Assembly (NCBI GenBank): GCA_903828235.1
Contig: CAIKLM010000148.1
Coordinates: 5,903 to 69,902 of the forward strand
Origin: an uncultured beta proteobacterium
GTDB taxonomy: Bacteria > Pseudomonadota > Gammaproteobacteria > Burkholderiales > Burkholderiaceae_C
Length of the DNA: 64,000 nucleotides
Reading direction: 5' to 3'
Part shown: positions 1 to 8,573 of the stretch, piece by piece
Numbering within the stretch: position 1 is the first letter of the stretch
Layout of the letters: each line of letters starts with the position of its first letter
Notes under the pieces: model-generated
What the model saw: only the letters and a program-made list of their open reading frames with translations
The model's database searches: none
What the model was told of the DNA's origin: nothing
Made by a program: the position numbers and the translations under genes

Positions 1-660
1 GATGCCGCGCTGGCGGCCACCGCGCGCGAACTGCCCGTGGTGGTGACCGGCCGCTCGCTCAGGGCTCCGGGCTTGGTGGCGCTGGACTTCGACAACTTCC
101 AGGGCGCGCGGCTGGCCACGCAGCACCTGCTGGCGCTGGGGCACCGGCGCATCGGTTTCATCTGCGGCGACCTCAAGCACCCCGACGGCAAGGAGCGCCT
201 GCGCGGCCACCGCTCGGCGCTCGCCGACGCCGGCATCCGCGCCGAGCCGGCGCTGGAGCTGCCGGGCAACTTCACCGAGGCCAGCGGCCTGGCGGCCGCC
301 GAGCGGCTGATCGACAGCGGCGAGGCGTTCACGGCGCTGTTCGCATCGAATGACCAGATGGCCTTCGGGGCTGCTCTGGCCCTGCACCGGCGGCGGCTGC
401 GCGTCCCCGACGACGTGTCGCTCGTGGGCTTCGACGATGTTGCTGGCTCGGTGTACTGCGTGCCGCCGCTGACTACCGTGCACCACCCGGTTCACGAGCT
501 CGGCGAGCTGGCGGCCCGCGCGATGCTGCAGCTGCTGGCCGGCGAGATGCCGACGCTGGCGCTGCCCGCGCCGCGCCTGATGGTGCGCGAGAGCACGCGC
601 GAGCCGCGCAGCCCGCGGGCGCGACCGCAGCGCGACCCCGCGGCGCCGTTTCCGAGGTAA
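1..660 (+). CDS. LacI-family transcriptional regulator (5' truncated; ligand-binding domain)
   Basis: Frame is open from base 1 (DAALAATARELPVVV...). Typical LacI C-terminal motifs: DNFQGARLATQHLLALGHRRIGFI, FASNDQMAFG, VPDDVSLVGFDD, PPLTTV. The HTH lies outside the window. Confidence 0.92.
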   Translation, partial: DAALAATARELPVVVTGRSLRAPGLVALDFDNFQGARLATQHLLALGHRRIGFICGDLKHPDGKERLRGHRSALADAGIRAEPALELPGNFTEASGLAAAERLIDSGEAFTALFASNDQMAFGAALALHRRRLRVPDDVSLVGFDDVAGSVYCVPPLTTVHHPVHELGELAARAMLQLLAGEMPTLALPAPRLMVRESTREPRSPRARPQRDPAAPFPR

Positions 661-667
661 CCCCCGA

Positions 668-695
668 TTGACAGGCCGTCATGGCGCGCGACACT
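668..695 (+). promoter_or_regulatory. sigma70-like promoter of the GH1 gene
   Basis: TTGACA at 668-673, 16-bp spacer, GACACT at 690-695, directly followed by the operator. Confidence 0.55.
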
Positions 696-711
696 GTGAA
701 AGCGCTTTCAA
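695..711. promoter_or_regulatory. LacI-type operator 1 (TGTGAAAGCGCTTTCAA)
   Basis: Perfect 14-bp palindrome TGAAAGCGCTTTCA (697-710) with a central CG, typical of LacI-family sites. Lies between lacI and the GH1 gene. Confidence 0.88.
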
Positions 712-786
712 GACTTTCTTCCTTGCCGGTGGGTCGCCACCCGCCGTGAGGACGCGCCCGAACCGCTCCCGCTGCTTGCGCCTGCC

Positions 787-2175
787 ATGAACCCACCCCC
801 GTCGCGGTACCCGAGCCACCCCTTCGCCGCCGACTTCGTGTGGGGCGTGGCCACCAGCGCGTTCCAGATCGAGGGCGCCGCCACGGCCGACGGCAAGGGC
901 GAGTCGATCTGGGACCGCTTCTGCCGCCAGCCCGGCGCCATCGCGGACGGCAGCCACGGCGACGTGGCCTGCGACCACTACCACCGGCTCGAGGCCGACC
1001 TCGACCTGATCGCCGACCTGGGGGTGGATGCCTACCGCTTCTCGGTCAGCTGGCCGCGCGTGCAGCCCGCCGGCCAGGGCGCCTTCAACGAGGCCGGGCT
1101 GGCCTTCTACGGGCGCCTGATCGACGGACTCGCGGCGCGGGGCATCAAGCCCTACCTGACGCTCAACCACTGGGACCTGCCGCAGGCGCTGCAGGACCAG
1201 GGCGGCTGGGCCCGGCGCGACACCGTGCACCGCTTCGTGGACTACGCGCGCCACGTGGCGGCACGCCTGGGCGACCGCGTCGCCGCGATCACCACCCACA
1301 ACGAGCCCTGGGTGATGGCCGTGCTGGGGCACGAGAGCGGCCTCTTCGCGCCCGGCATCCGCCACCGGGGCACGGCCATGCAGGTGGCGCACCACCTGCT
1401 GCTGAGCCACGGACTGGCGCTGCGGGCGCTGCGCGCCGACGCCTGCCCCGCGCGCCTGGGCATCGTGCTGAACCTCTCGCCCATCGGGCCGGCGACCGAC
1501 AGCCCCGAGGACGCGGCCGCCGCGCGCCTGGAGGACGGCCGCTGCGTGCGCTGGTACATGGACCCGCTGTTCCGCGGCCAGTACCCGGCCGACGTCTGGC
1601 AGCACCTGGGCGCCGACGTGCCGCTGGTGCACGAGGGCGACATGGCCGCCATCGCCACGCCCATGGACTTCCTGGGCATCAACTACTACACGCGCGGCGT
1701 CGTCAGCGCCAGCGGCACCTGGAGCGCGCAGCACGGCGGCAAGCCGCTCACCGACATGGGCTGGGAGATCGTTCCCGAGGGCCTGACCGAGCTGCTGCTG
1801 CGCCTGCACCGCGAGTGGCGGCCGCCGGCGCTGTACGTGATGGAAAACGGCGCCGCCTTCCAGGACACGCTGGAGCACACGCCCGAAGGCCCGCGCGTGC
1901 ACGATGCCGACCGGGTGGACTACATCGCGCGCCACATCGGAGCCCTGGACGATGCCGTCGCGCAGGGCGTGCCCGTGGCCGGCTACATGGTCTGGAGCCT
2001 GATGGACAACTTCGAGTGGGCCAGCGGCTACGCCAAGCGCTTCGGCATCGTGCACACCGACTACGCGACGCTGGCGCGCACGCCCAAGGACAGCTACCTC
2101 TGGTACCGCGGCTTCCTGAGGCTGCAGGCGCAGCGCCGCGCGCAGGCCGCGCAGGCCCAGGTCCCCGTGCCCTGA
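787..2175 (+). CDS. bglA: GH1 beta-glucosidase
   Basis: FVWGVATSAFQIEG, DHYHR, YRFSVSWPR, catalytic THNEP and VMENG motifs, WSLMDNFEWASGYAKRFG. No signal peptide. Confidence 0.95.
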   Translation: MNPPPSRYPSHPFAADFVWGVATSAFQIEGAATADGKGESIWDRFCRQPGAIADGSHGDVACDHYHRLEADLDLIADLGVDAYRFSVSWPRVQPAGQGAFNEAGLAFYGRLIDGLAARGIKPYLTLNHWDLPQALQDQGGWARRDTVHRFVDYARHVAARLGDRVAAITTHNEPWVMAVLGHESGLFAPGIRHRGTAMQVAHHLLLSHGLALRALRADACPARLGIVLNLSPIGPATDSPEDAAAARLEDGRCVRWYMDPLFRGQYPADVWQHLGADVPLVHEGDMAAIATPMDFLGINYYTRGVVSASGTWSAQHGGKPLTDMGWEIVPEGLTELLLRLHREWRPPALYVMENGAAFQDTLEHTPEGPRVHDADRVDYIARHIGALDDAVAQGVPVAGYMVWSLMDNFEWASGYAKRFGIVHTDYATLARTPKDSYLWYRGFLRLQAQRRAQAAQAQVPVP

Positions 2176-2226
2176 TCCGCGGCGCGGGCACAGGCCTGCG
2201 CGTGCCGCCGGGCTCGGGGGATGCCG

Positions 2227-3699
2227 TCAGGCCCCGTCCTCGTCGCCCTTGGTGTGGTGCAGCAGCAGGCCCACCTGCGCCACGCGCCGGCCGTCCATGC
2301 CGCGCACCGCGAAGTGCGCGTGGCCCCAGTCGATGCCGTCGCCGGCCACCGGCGGCCGGCGCAGCTCGCGGGCCATCCACTCGGCCACGTCGCCGTAGAA
2401 GCCGGGGTCGGGCAGGCCGTAGAAGCCGCAGATGTCGCGCACCGGCACGCCGGGGTCGAGCGCGAAGTCGCCGAACACCTCGCGCACGGCCGGCTCGTCC
2501 TGCGCGTCGGGCAGGTTCACGTTGAACAGGCGTGCCGCCCACACCATGGTGGAGCCCTGCAGCACCAGCGAGGCCAGCACCACCACGAAGGCCACGTCGA
2601 ACAGCACGCGCGCCTGGGGCACGGCCAGCATGAGCGGGATCAGCGCCAGCACCACGGGCACCGCGCCGCGCAGGCCCACCCACGAGATGAAGCCGATCTC
2701 CTGCCACGAGAAGCGCAGCGGCTTCAGGCACAGCGCCACGGCCAGGGGCCGCGCCACGAACATCAGCGCCAGGGCCACGGCCAGCGTGGGCAGCCAGTTG
2801 TCGAGCAGGCGGCTGGGCGTGACGAGCAGGCCCAGCAGCAGGAACATCAGCGCCTGCGCCAGCCAGGCGAAGCCGTCCATGCCGGCCAGCGCGCGCTCGA
2901 CCACCTCGCCGGCACGGTGGGCGACCACCAGGCCGAACAGGTAGACGGCCAGGAAGCCCGAGCCGCCGACCCAGCCGGCGCCCCCGAACACGCCGATGCC
3001 GGCGGCCAGCAGCAGCAGCGCGGTCAGGCCCTCGGCCGTGCCGCCCAGGGGCAGCCGCTTGAGCAGCTCGCCCACGCCCATGCCGGCGAGCACGCCGATC
3101 AGCGTGCCCAGCACGGCCTGCTGGCCGAACATCCACAGCATGGCCCAGGGCGTGGCCGCCGCCGGCTGCAGCAGCGCCGCCGACAGCGTGAGCACCAGGA
3201 ACACGGCCATGGGGTCGTTGAGGCCGGACTCGATCTCCAGCGTCGACGACAGGCGCTCGCTGACGCGCAGGCCCGAGCTCTTGAGCAGCGCGAACACCGC
3301 CGCCGCGTCGGTGGAGCCGACGATGGCCCCGGCCAGCAGCCCCAGCAGCGGCGGCAGCCCGAAGGCCAGGCTGGCGGCCAGCCCCGTGAGCGCGGCCGTC
3401 ACCAGCACGCCGACGGTGGCCAGCCACGAGGCCGGCTTCAGGCCGGTGCGGAAGGTGGACAGGCGGGTGCGCAGGCCGCCGTCGAGCAGGATCACGCCGA
3501 GCGCCGCGCTGCCCACCCACAGCGACAGCTTGACGTCGTTGAAGGCGATGCCGCCCGGGCCGTCCTCGCCCGCCAGCATGCCCATCACCAGGAACACGAG
3601 CAGGAAGGACAGGCCGGCGCGGGCCGAGTACAGCCCGGCCAGCACGCTGGCGAACACCAGCAGCCCGGTGACGCCGAACGCGAGGTTCATCAGGTCCAT
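2227..3699 (-). CDS. cvrA: potassium/proton antiporter (CPA1, NhaP2/CvrA type)
   Basis: GMLAGEDGPGGIAF, STDAAAVF, LEIESGLNDPMAVFL, WVGLRGAVPVVLA, multiple TM helices, CorC-like C-terminus. Confidence 0.9.
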   Translation of the reverse strand: MDLMNLAFGVTGLLVFASVLAGLYSARAGLSFLLVFLVMGMLAGEDGPGGIAFNDVKLSLWVGSAALGVILLDGGLRTRLSTFRTGLKPASWLATVGVLVTAALTGLAASLAFGLPPLLGLLAGAIVGSTDAAAVFALLKSSGLRVSERLSSTLEIESGLNDPMAVFLVLTLSAALLQPAAATPWAMLWMFGQQAVLGTLIGVLAGMGVGELLKRLPLGGTAEGLTALLLLAAGIGVFGGAGWVGGSGFLAVYLFGLVVAHRAGEVVERALAGMDGFAWLAQALMFLLLGLLVTPSRLLDNWLPTLAVALALMFVARPLAVALCLKPLRFSWQEIGFISWVGLRGAVPVVLALIPLMLAVPQARVLFDVAFVVVLASLVLQGSTMVWAARLFNVNLPDAQDEPAVREVFGDFALDPGVPVRDICGFYGLPDPGFYGDVAEWMARELRRPPVAGDGIDWGHAHFAVRGMDGRRVAQVGLLLHHTKGDEDGA

Positions 3700-3781
3700 G
3701 GCGTCGAACCTGGTGTGTGGCGGTACGGGGCGGGCATGGCGCGGATTGTCGCCGCCGCCCGATTGCCCTCGTGGCCGGAGC

Positions 3782-3799
3782 CCGGGCCCCGGGGCCCGG
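3782..3799. terminator. GC-rich palindrome downstream of the MFS gene (possible terminator)
   Basis: Perfect 18-bp palindrome CCGGGCCCCGGGGCCCGG, 22 bp past the MFS stop. No clear U-tract. Confidence 0.4.
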
Positions 3800-3820
3800 A
3801 CGCCAGTGGGTGGGGGCGCC

Positions 3821-5248
3821 CTAGCCGCGGCCGGCCGCCAGGCCCCGACGGCGCTCGAGCTCGGCGCGCACCTCGGCGGCGCGCTGCTCGTCGAGGTCGT
3901 AGCGGCGCATGATCCACATCGCCAGCAGCGTGCCGATGATGGGCACGCCCGAGTAGAACAGGCGCAGGCCGTCCACGGCGCCCTCGGGCTGCACCGCCGC
4001 CCCCGGCGTGAAGGCCACGAAGGACAGGATGGCCCCGCTCAGCAGCCCCGCGATGGCGAAGCCGAACTTCACCATCCACCAGTAGATGGCGCCGAAGATG
4101 CCCTCGCGGCGCTTGCCGGTGGCCAGCTCGTCGAGGTCGCACACGTCGGCCGTCATGCTCATCATCAGCGTGAACAGCCCGCCGATGCCGAAGCTGAAGA
4201 AGGGCAGCGCGATCATGAACAGCCACGGCTGCCCCGGCACCATCAGCAGCCACAGCAGCACGTAGCCGATGACCGAGACGCCCTGGGAGATCATGAACGC
4301 GTTGCGCTTGCCGATCCGCCGGGACATCCAGGCCACCGAGGGGATGACGGCGAAGGTGGTGATCAGCGCCCCCACGCTGCCGAACAGCGTCGGCCAGATT
4401 CCGGCCGCCTGCGCGTTGCCGCCGAACAGGTGGTAGACGACGATGAAGAACGAGAACGCCGCCACCGTGTTGAAGGCGTTGAAGATGAAGAAGGTGGCGA
4501 AGCACAGCTTGCGGAAGGGCGGCGAGCCGAAGGCCTCCTTGAAGCCGGCGACGATCTCGCGCAGGCCGCCGCCGAGGTTGGCCCAGGTCAGCGGCACCAG
4601 CTGCTCGTCGTCGCGCGTGGAGCGGCCGGGCAGGAAGAGGGCCGGCACCATCGCCAGCAGCATGCACGCCACGCCCACCCAGACCGACAAGGTGCGCGTG
4701 GCGGTGTCGGCGTTCGGGAACCAGGCCGGGTCGTACATCACCACCCAGAACCAGGGCGCGATCACCCAGGCCCACTGCCCGATCCACTGCGCCACGGCCA
4801 TGATGCCGGTGCGCTCGTGGAAGTCGTCGCTCATCTCGTAGCCCATGGCCACGTACGGCACGCTGAACAGCGTGAGCCCCGTGTAGAAGACGAAGCTCCA
4901 GCACAGGAAGTACACGAAGTTGTAGGCGATGCCGTCGCTGCGCTGCAGCTGCCACATGGCCACGAAGCTGATGCCCATGACGATGGCGCCGACGAACACG
5001 TACTGCCGCCGCCGGCCCCAGCGCGAGCGCGTGTTGTCGGAGATGAACCCCATGATGGGGTCGGTCAGCGAGTCGTACACGCGCGGCAGGAAGAACAGGA
5101 TCCCCCACATCCAGCCCGGGAAGCCCAGGTCCTGCACCAGCACGACCATGAAGATGCCCAGCGCCGCCGGGAACATCTGGTTGGCCAGCATGCCCAGGCC
5201 GAAGGCCACCTTGTGGCCGAAGGGGACTGCCGCCCCCTTGCTCATCAT
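3821..5248 (-). CDS. MFS sugar transporter, glycoside-pentoside-hexuronide (GPH/MelB-like) family
   Basis: 475 aa from MMSKGAAVPFGHKVAFG. DSLTDPIMGFISDNTRSRWGRRR, YVAMGYEMSDDFHERT, DLDELATGKRREGIF. ATGA overlap with the upstream GH17-like gene. The long ORF-track call 3821..7039 is an over-extension. Confidence 0.9.
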   Translation of the reverse strand: MMSKGAAVPFGHKVAFGLGMLANQMFPAALGIFMVVLVQDLGFPGWMWGILFFLPRVYDSLTDPIMGFISDNTRSRWGRRRQYVFVGAIVMGISFVAMWQLQRSDGIAYNFVYFLCWSFVFYTGLTLFSVPYVAMGYEMSDDFHERTGIMAVAQWIGQWAWVIAPWFWVVMYDPAWFPNADTATRTLSVWVGVACMLLAMVPALFLPGRSTRDDEQLVPLTWANLGGGLREIVAGFKEAFGSPPFRKLCFATFFIFNAFNTVAAFSFFIVVYHLFGGNAQAAGIWPTLFGSVGALITTFAVIPSVAWMSRRIGKRNAFMISQGVSVIGYVLLWLLMVPGQPWLFMIALPFFSFGIGGLFTLMMSMTADVCDLDELATGKRREGIFGAIYWWMVKFGFAIAGLLSGAILSFVAFTPGAAVQPEGAVDGLRLFYSGVPIIGTLLAMWIMRRYDLDEQRAAEVRAELERRRGLAAGRG

Positions 5249-6984
5249 CGCGTCCAGTGCAGGTTGTCGATGCGCAGCAGCGGCAGGCCCGTCAGGTTCG
5301 GCGGCTTGCCGGTGAAGCTGTAGCGGTCGGCGATGATGAAGCGGAAGTTCACGAAGCGCAGGTCGAGCCTGGGGTTGGCGGCCACGAAGGCCGAGATCGG
5401 GATCGACACCTCGCACCAGCTGTTGGTGTTGCAGTAGCCGTACTGGCCGGGCGCGATCTGCAGGAAGGCTTCCTGCACGTCGCGGTCCTCGGTGTCTGTG
5501 CTGATGCCGACCTCGATCTTGCCGGGGTAGCCGTCGCTGCGCACCAGGAAGTTCAGGCGGCCGCCGGCAAAGTTGCTCAGGTTGGCCAGCACGCCGGTGC
5601 CGGAGTACCGGAACAGGCCCCAGCCGTAGTCCACCGGGTTGGGCGAAACCTCCAGGTGCACGCCACCGTCGGCCGAGGGCGCGCCGGCGCTGCTCTCGCG
5701 GTAGCCGGTGGTGGCGAACGGGTCCCAGCGCAGGCCGGTGGCGCGTTCCTCGCCGGCCACGGCGGCGTCGGCGAACAGCGTGTAGCGGCTGGCCGTGACG
5801 GCGGCGGCCAGCGTCGGCGGCACCCACTTCACGGCGTCGGCCTCGGTGTAGCTGCCGGGCTCGCAGGCCCAGGTCTGGCCGCAGGTGCCCAGGCCCTGCA
5901 CCACGTAGCGCGCCTGGCGGCTGGCGTTGAACAGGCCCCAGCCGTCGTCGCCCTGCTTCCAGGGCTCGTCGAAGGCCTGGAAGAAGAAGACCGCCTTCGG
6001 GCCCTGCGGGTCGCGCCGGCCCTGCTGCGCCCACAGCTGCATCGCGTCGAAGTACATCTTCTGGTTCACGGGGTGGGCGCGGAAGGCCAGGGTGGGCCCG
6101 CCGTTGGTGTCGACCGCGGCCCAGCCCGTCTCGCCCACGACCATCGGGATGGTGCTCAGGCCCAGCTTGGCCAGGCCGGCGCGGGCCGCCTCGAACTGTT
6201 TCCTCGCCTCGGCGACGCTGGCGTCGATCATCGCGCGGGCGCGCTGCGCCTCGGGCACGGACTTCTGCCGCCAGTCGTAGCGCGTGGGGTCGTAGAAGGT
6301 GTCGAGGAAGGGGTACACGTGCACGGCCGCGAAGTCCACCGTCTCGGCCACCGAGCGCGGCACCTTCGACCACATCAGCCAGTTGTCGTTCGTGGTGACG
6401 GGCTGTCGCACCGCGGCGCGCACCTTGCGCAGGTAGCCGGCCATGACCTCGGGGGCGATCTGGGCGGTGGACCACTCCACGAGCTTCTCGTTGCCGACGC
6501 TGACGGCGAGCACGATCTCGGGGTAGGCGTTGGCCAGCCGGATGCAGGCGTCGAGCTCGGCCTGGTTGTCGGCCTCGGCGGCGGCCCCGGTCACCGGGTT
6601 GGGAAACGCGCCGAGCTGCACCTTCAGGTCCAGGCCGTTGTCGCGGATGACCTGCAGCACCGTCTCGGCGAAGCCGCGGCTGCTGAACAGGCGGATGGTG
6701 CCGATGCCCGTGGCCTGCACCAGGCGCAGATCCTGCAGCACGTTGGCCGGCGTGATCACCTCGCTGGCCAGGTCGGCCGGCCCGCGCGAGGTGCGGAAGG
6801 GCGAGTAGTTGACGGCCGCCCGCGTGAGCAGGGCCTGCGGCAGCTCGCGCCGGTCGGAGGCCTGCGACACGGCGCCGGGCGTGTAGCCGCCACCGCCGCA
6901 ACCGGCCAGGCCGGTGGTCAGCGCCACCGCGAACGCGCAGGCCAGGGCGCTGCGCGGCAGCAGGAAAAGCCGGTTGGACATCAT
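5245..6984 (-). CDS. GH17-like beta-1,3-glucanase lipoprotein with C-terminal CBM-like domain
   Basis: 579 aa. Lipobox LAGC-GGGG. VNYSPFR, IRLFS, VSVGNEK (acid/base), VHVYPF, VGETGW (nucleophile), FQAFDEPWK. Aromatic-rich beta-sandwich-like tail. Confidence 0.8.
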   Translation of the reverse strand: MMSNRLFLLPRSALACAFAVALTTGLAGCGGGGYTPGAVSQASDRRELPQALLTRAAVNYSPFRTSRGPADLASEVITPANVLQDLRLVQATGIGTIRLFSSRGFAETVLQVIRDNGLDLKVQLGAFPNPVTGAAAEADNQAELDACIRLANAYPEIVLAVSVGNEKLVEWSTAQIAPEVMAGYLRKVRAAVRQPVTTNDNWLMWSKVPRSVAETVDFAAVHVYPFLDTFYDPTRYDWRQKSVPEAQRARAMIDASVAEARKQFEAARAGLAKLGLSTIPMVVGETGWAAVDTNGGPTLAFRAHPVNQKMYFDAMQLWAQQGRRDPQGPKAVFFFQAFDEPWKQGDDGWGLFNASRQARYVVQGLGTCGQTWACEPGSYTEADAVKWVPPTLAAAVTASRYTLFADAAVAGEERATGLRWDPFATTGYRESSAGAPSADGGVHLEVSPNPVDYGWGLFRYSGTGVLANLSNFAGGRLNFLVRSDGYPGKIEVGISTDTEDRDVQEAFLQIAPGQYGYCNTNSWCEVSIPISAFVAANPRLDLRFVNFRFIIADRYSFTGKPPNLTGLPLLRIDNLHWTR

Positions 6985-6998
6985 GGAGGACCTCGGAC

Positions 6999-8354
6999 TC
7001 AGAACCGGTAGTTCGCTTCGAGCGACACCCAGTTGCCACGGTTGGCCACGCGGGAGTCGACGTTCGAGAAGGCGTCGTGGGCGGGCATGCTCAGCGGCGC
7101 CAGACCCTTGCGGCGGTACCACACCGCGTTGACCGAGCCCAGGACGCTGAGCCCGCGGCCCACGTCGTAGCGCGCGCCCAGGCTGGCGAAGGTCGCCGAG
7201 TTGCCCTGGCCGCGCTCGCTGGGGTTGTCGGTGCTGGCGCGGCCCAGGTAGGTCAGGCCGGCGAAGGCCGCCAGCCTGGGGTTCACGTACTTGCGCGCCC
7301 CCAGCATGAAGTCGGTGGAGCGCGCCGGGTAGCCCGGGTTGCGCACGCCCCGGGCATCGACGCCGTTCCAGTCGACGTTGAAGGGCGTGTTCCATTGCGC
7401 CAGCGGGCCGTCGGTCAACGGCACCGCGTAGGCGCCGCTCCAGCGGTTGAAGCGCAGGCCGCCGGAGAGCTCGTAGGCGGTGCCGATCTGGTACTTGGCC
7501 AGCAGCATGAACACGCCCTGGCTGCTGCCCCCGAGCCGGGCGTCGTCGCGCTCGGCGTAGGGCGTCAGGCCGGTGAAGCCGGCCTTGGCGAAGGCCGCCG
7601 GGGCGCCGTTGCGCGCCAACTGCGCCACCGCCTCGACCAGCAGCGGGCCGCGGCCCCACAGCGCCCACAGCTCGATCAGCTCGGGCTTGTTGCGCTTGAA
7701 GGCCGTGTCGCCCTGGTCGTAGGTGGCCTCGAGCACCAAGTTGCCCTCGGCCACGAACAGCTCGCGCGAGGTGTAGCGCACGGCCGTGGTCAGGATGCCG
7801 TAGGCCGCGCCGGAATCGGAGAACGCGGTCTGGCCGATGTCGGAGGCGTAGGGGAAGTCGGGCCGGTTCCAGGCCCGGGACGGGAAGTTGCCGATCGAGA
7901 CGCTGCCGTAGTACTCGTGCGCCAGCGTGGCGCTGCGCTCGTACACCACGCCGGGCAGGTCGGGCTTGCCGTCGCGGTAGCGCTGCGAGTAGGCCGCCGA
8001 GGCCTTGAAGCCGCCCGGTAGGTCGAACCGGACGCCCAGCGTGGGCTGGATCTGCACGCTGTCGGTGGTCAGGCCGCCGTAGGCCTTGCCGAACACGACG
8101 TCGTCGGCCCAGACGAAGTGGCGGTTGGTGTCGGGCTCGCGCTGGCAGCCCTTGCAGCCGTTGCTGACGTGGGTCACGCTGGCCTTGGCGAAGCCGGTCA
8201 GCGTGAACGGTCCCCACTCGAAGGCCTGCGCCAGCGGGCTCGAGCCCAGCCCGGCCAGGCACAGCGCGAAGGCCGGCAGCCGGCGGACCGGCCGCGTGCG
8301 GCGCTCGGCGAGGCGGGATCGCGGTTCCCGGGGACGGGAGGGTGTGTGCTGCAT
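6999..8354 (-). CDS. outer-membrane porin-like beta-barrel protein
   Basis: 451 aa from MQHTPS. Signal peptide ending AQA. Alternating amphipathic strands (LGVRFDL, VRYTS, LGARYDV) and C-terminal ...EANYRF with terminal Phe. Confidence 0.75.
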   Translation of the reverse strand: MQHTPSRPREPRSRLAERRTRPVRRLPAFALCLAGLGSSPLAQAFEWGPFTLTGFAKASVTHVSNGCKGCQREPDTNRHFVWADDVVFGKAYGGLTTDSVQIQPTLGVRFDLPGGFKASAAYSQRYRDGKPDLPGVVYERSATLAHEYYGSVSIGNFPSRAWNRPDFPYASDIGQTAFSDSGAAYGILTTAVRYTSRELFVAEGNLVLEATYDQGDTAFKRNKPELIELWALWGRGPLLVEAVAQLARNGAPAAFAKAGFTGLTPYAERDDARLGGSSQGVFMLLAKYQIGTAYELSGGLRFNRWSGAYAVPLTDGPLAQWNTPFNVDWNGVDARGVRNPGYPARSTDFMLGARKYVNPRLAAFAGLTYLGRASTDNPSERGQGNSATFASLGARYDVGRGLSVLGSVNAVWYRRKGLAPLSMPAHDAFSNVDSRVANRGNWVSLEANYRF

Positions 8355-8385
8355 GGCTCGGGCCGCCTCGGGCTGGTGGTTGGCG

Positions 8386-8402
8386 TTGAAAGCGCTTTCA
8401 CA
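8386..8402. promoter_or_regulatory. LacI-type operator 2 (TTGAAAGCGCTTTCACA)
   Basis: Same 17-mer as operator 1 in reverse orientation, 32 bp upstream of the porin ATG. On the minus strand TTGACG (8431-8426), 18 bp, TATTCT (8407-8402) abuts it. Confidence 0.88.
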
Positions 8403-8513
8403 GAATACGGGTGGCGCAGGCTGCGCGTCAACGCATGGGCGCTGCGTGTTTACCCTCCCGTCGGGGCCGGGTGCCGGCGGCGGGCTGCGGCTGCGGGTAA
8501 ACGCGGGCATGAG

Positions 8514-8530
8514 TTGAAAGCGCTTTCACA
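8514..8530. promoter_or_regulatory. LacI-type operator 3 (TTGAAAGCGCTTTCACA)
   Basis: Identical 17-mer, 43 bp upstream of the GH81 ATG. Confidence 0.88.
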
Positions 8531-8573
8531 AAGAATGGCCTGCCACCATGTTGCGCACCCACCGGGGAAGCCG

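Noticed and set aside
3821-8262. Apparent giant fusions (3821..7039, 1072 aa; 5245..8262, 1005 aa) suggesting MFS-GH17 or porin-GH17 fusion proteins
   Set aside because: The upstream parts are off-frame read-through of neighbouring genes. Each real gene has its own start, signal peptide and stop.
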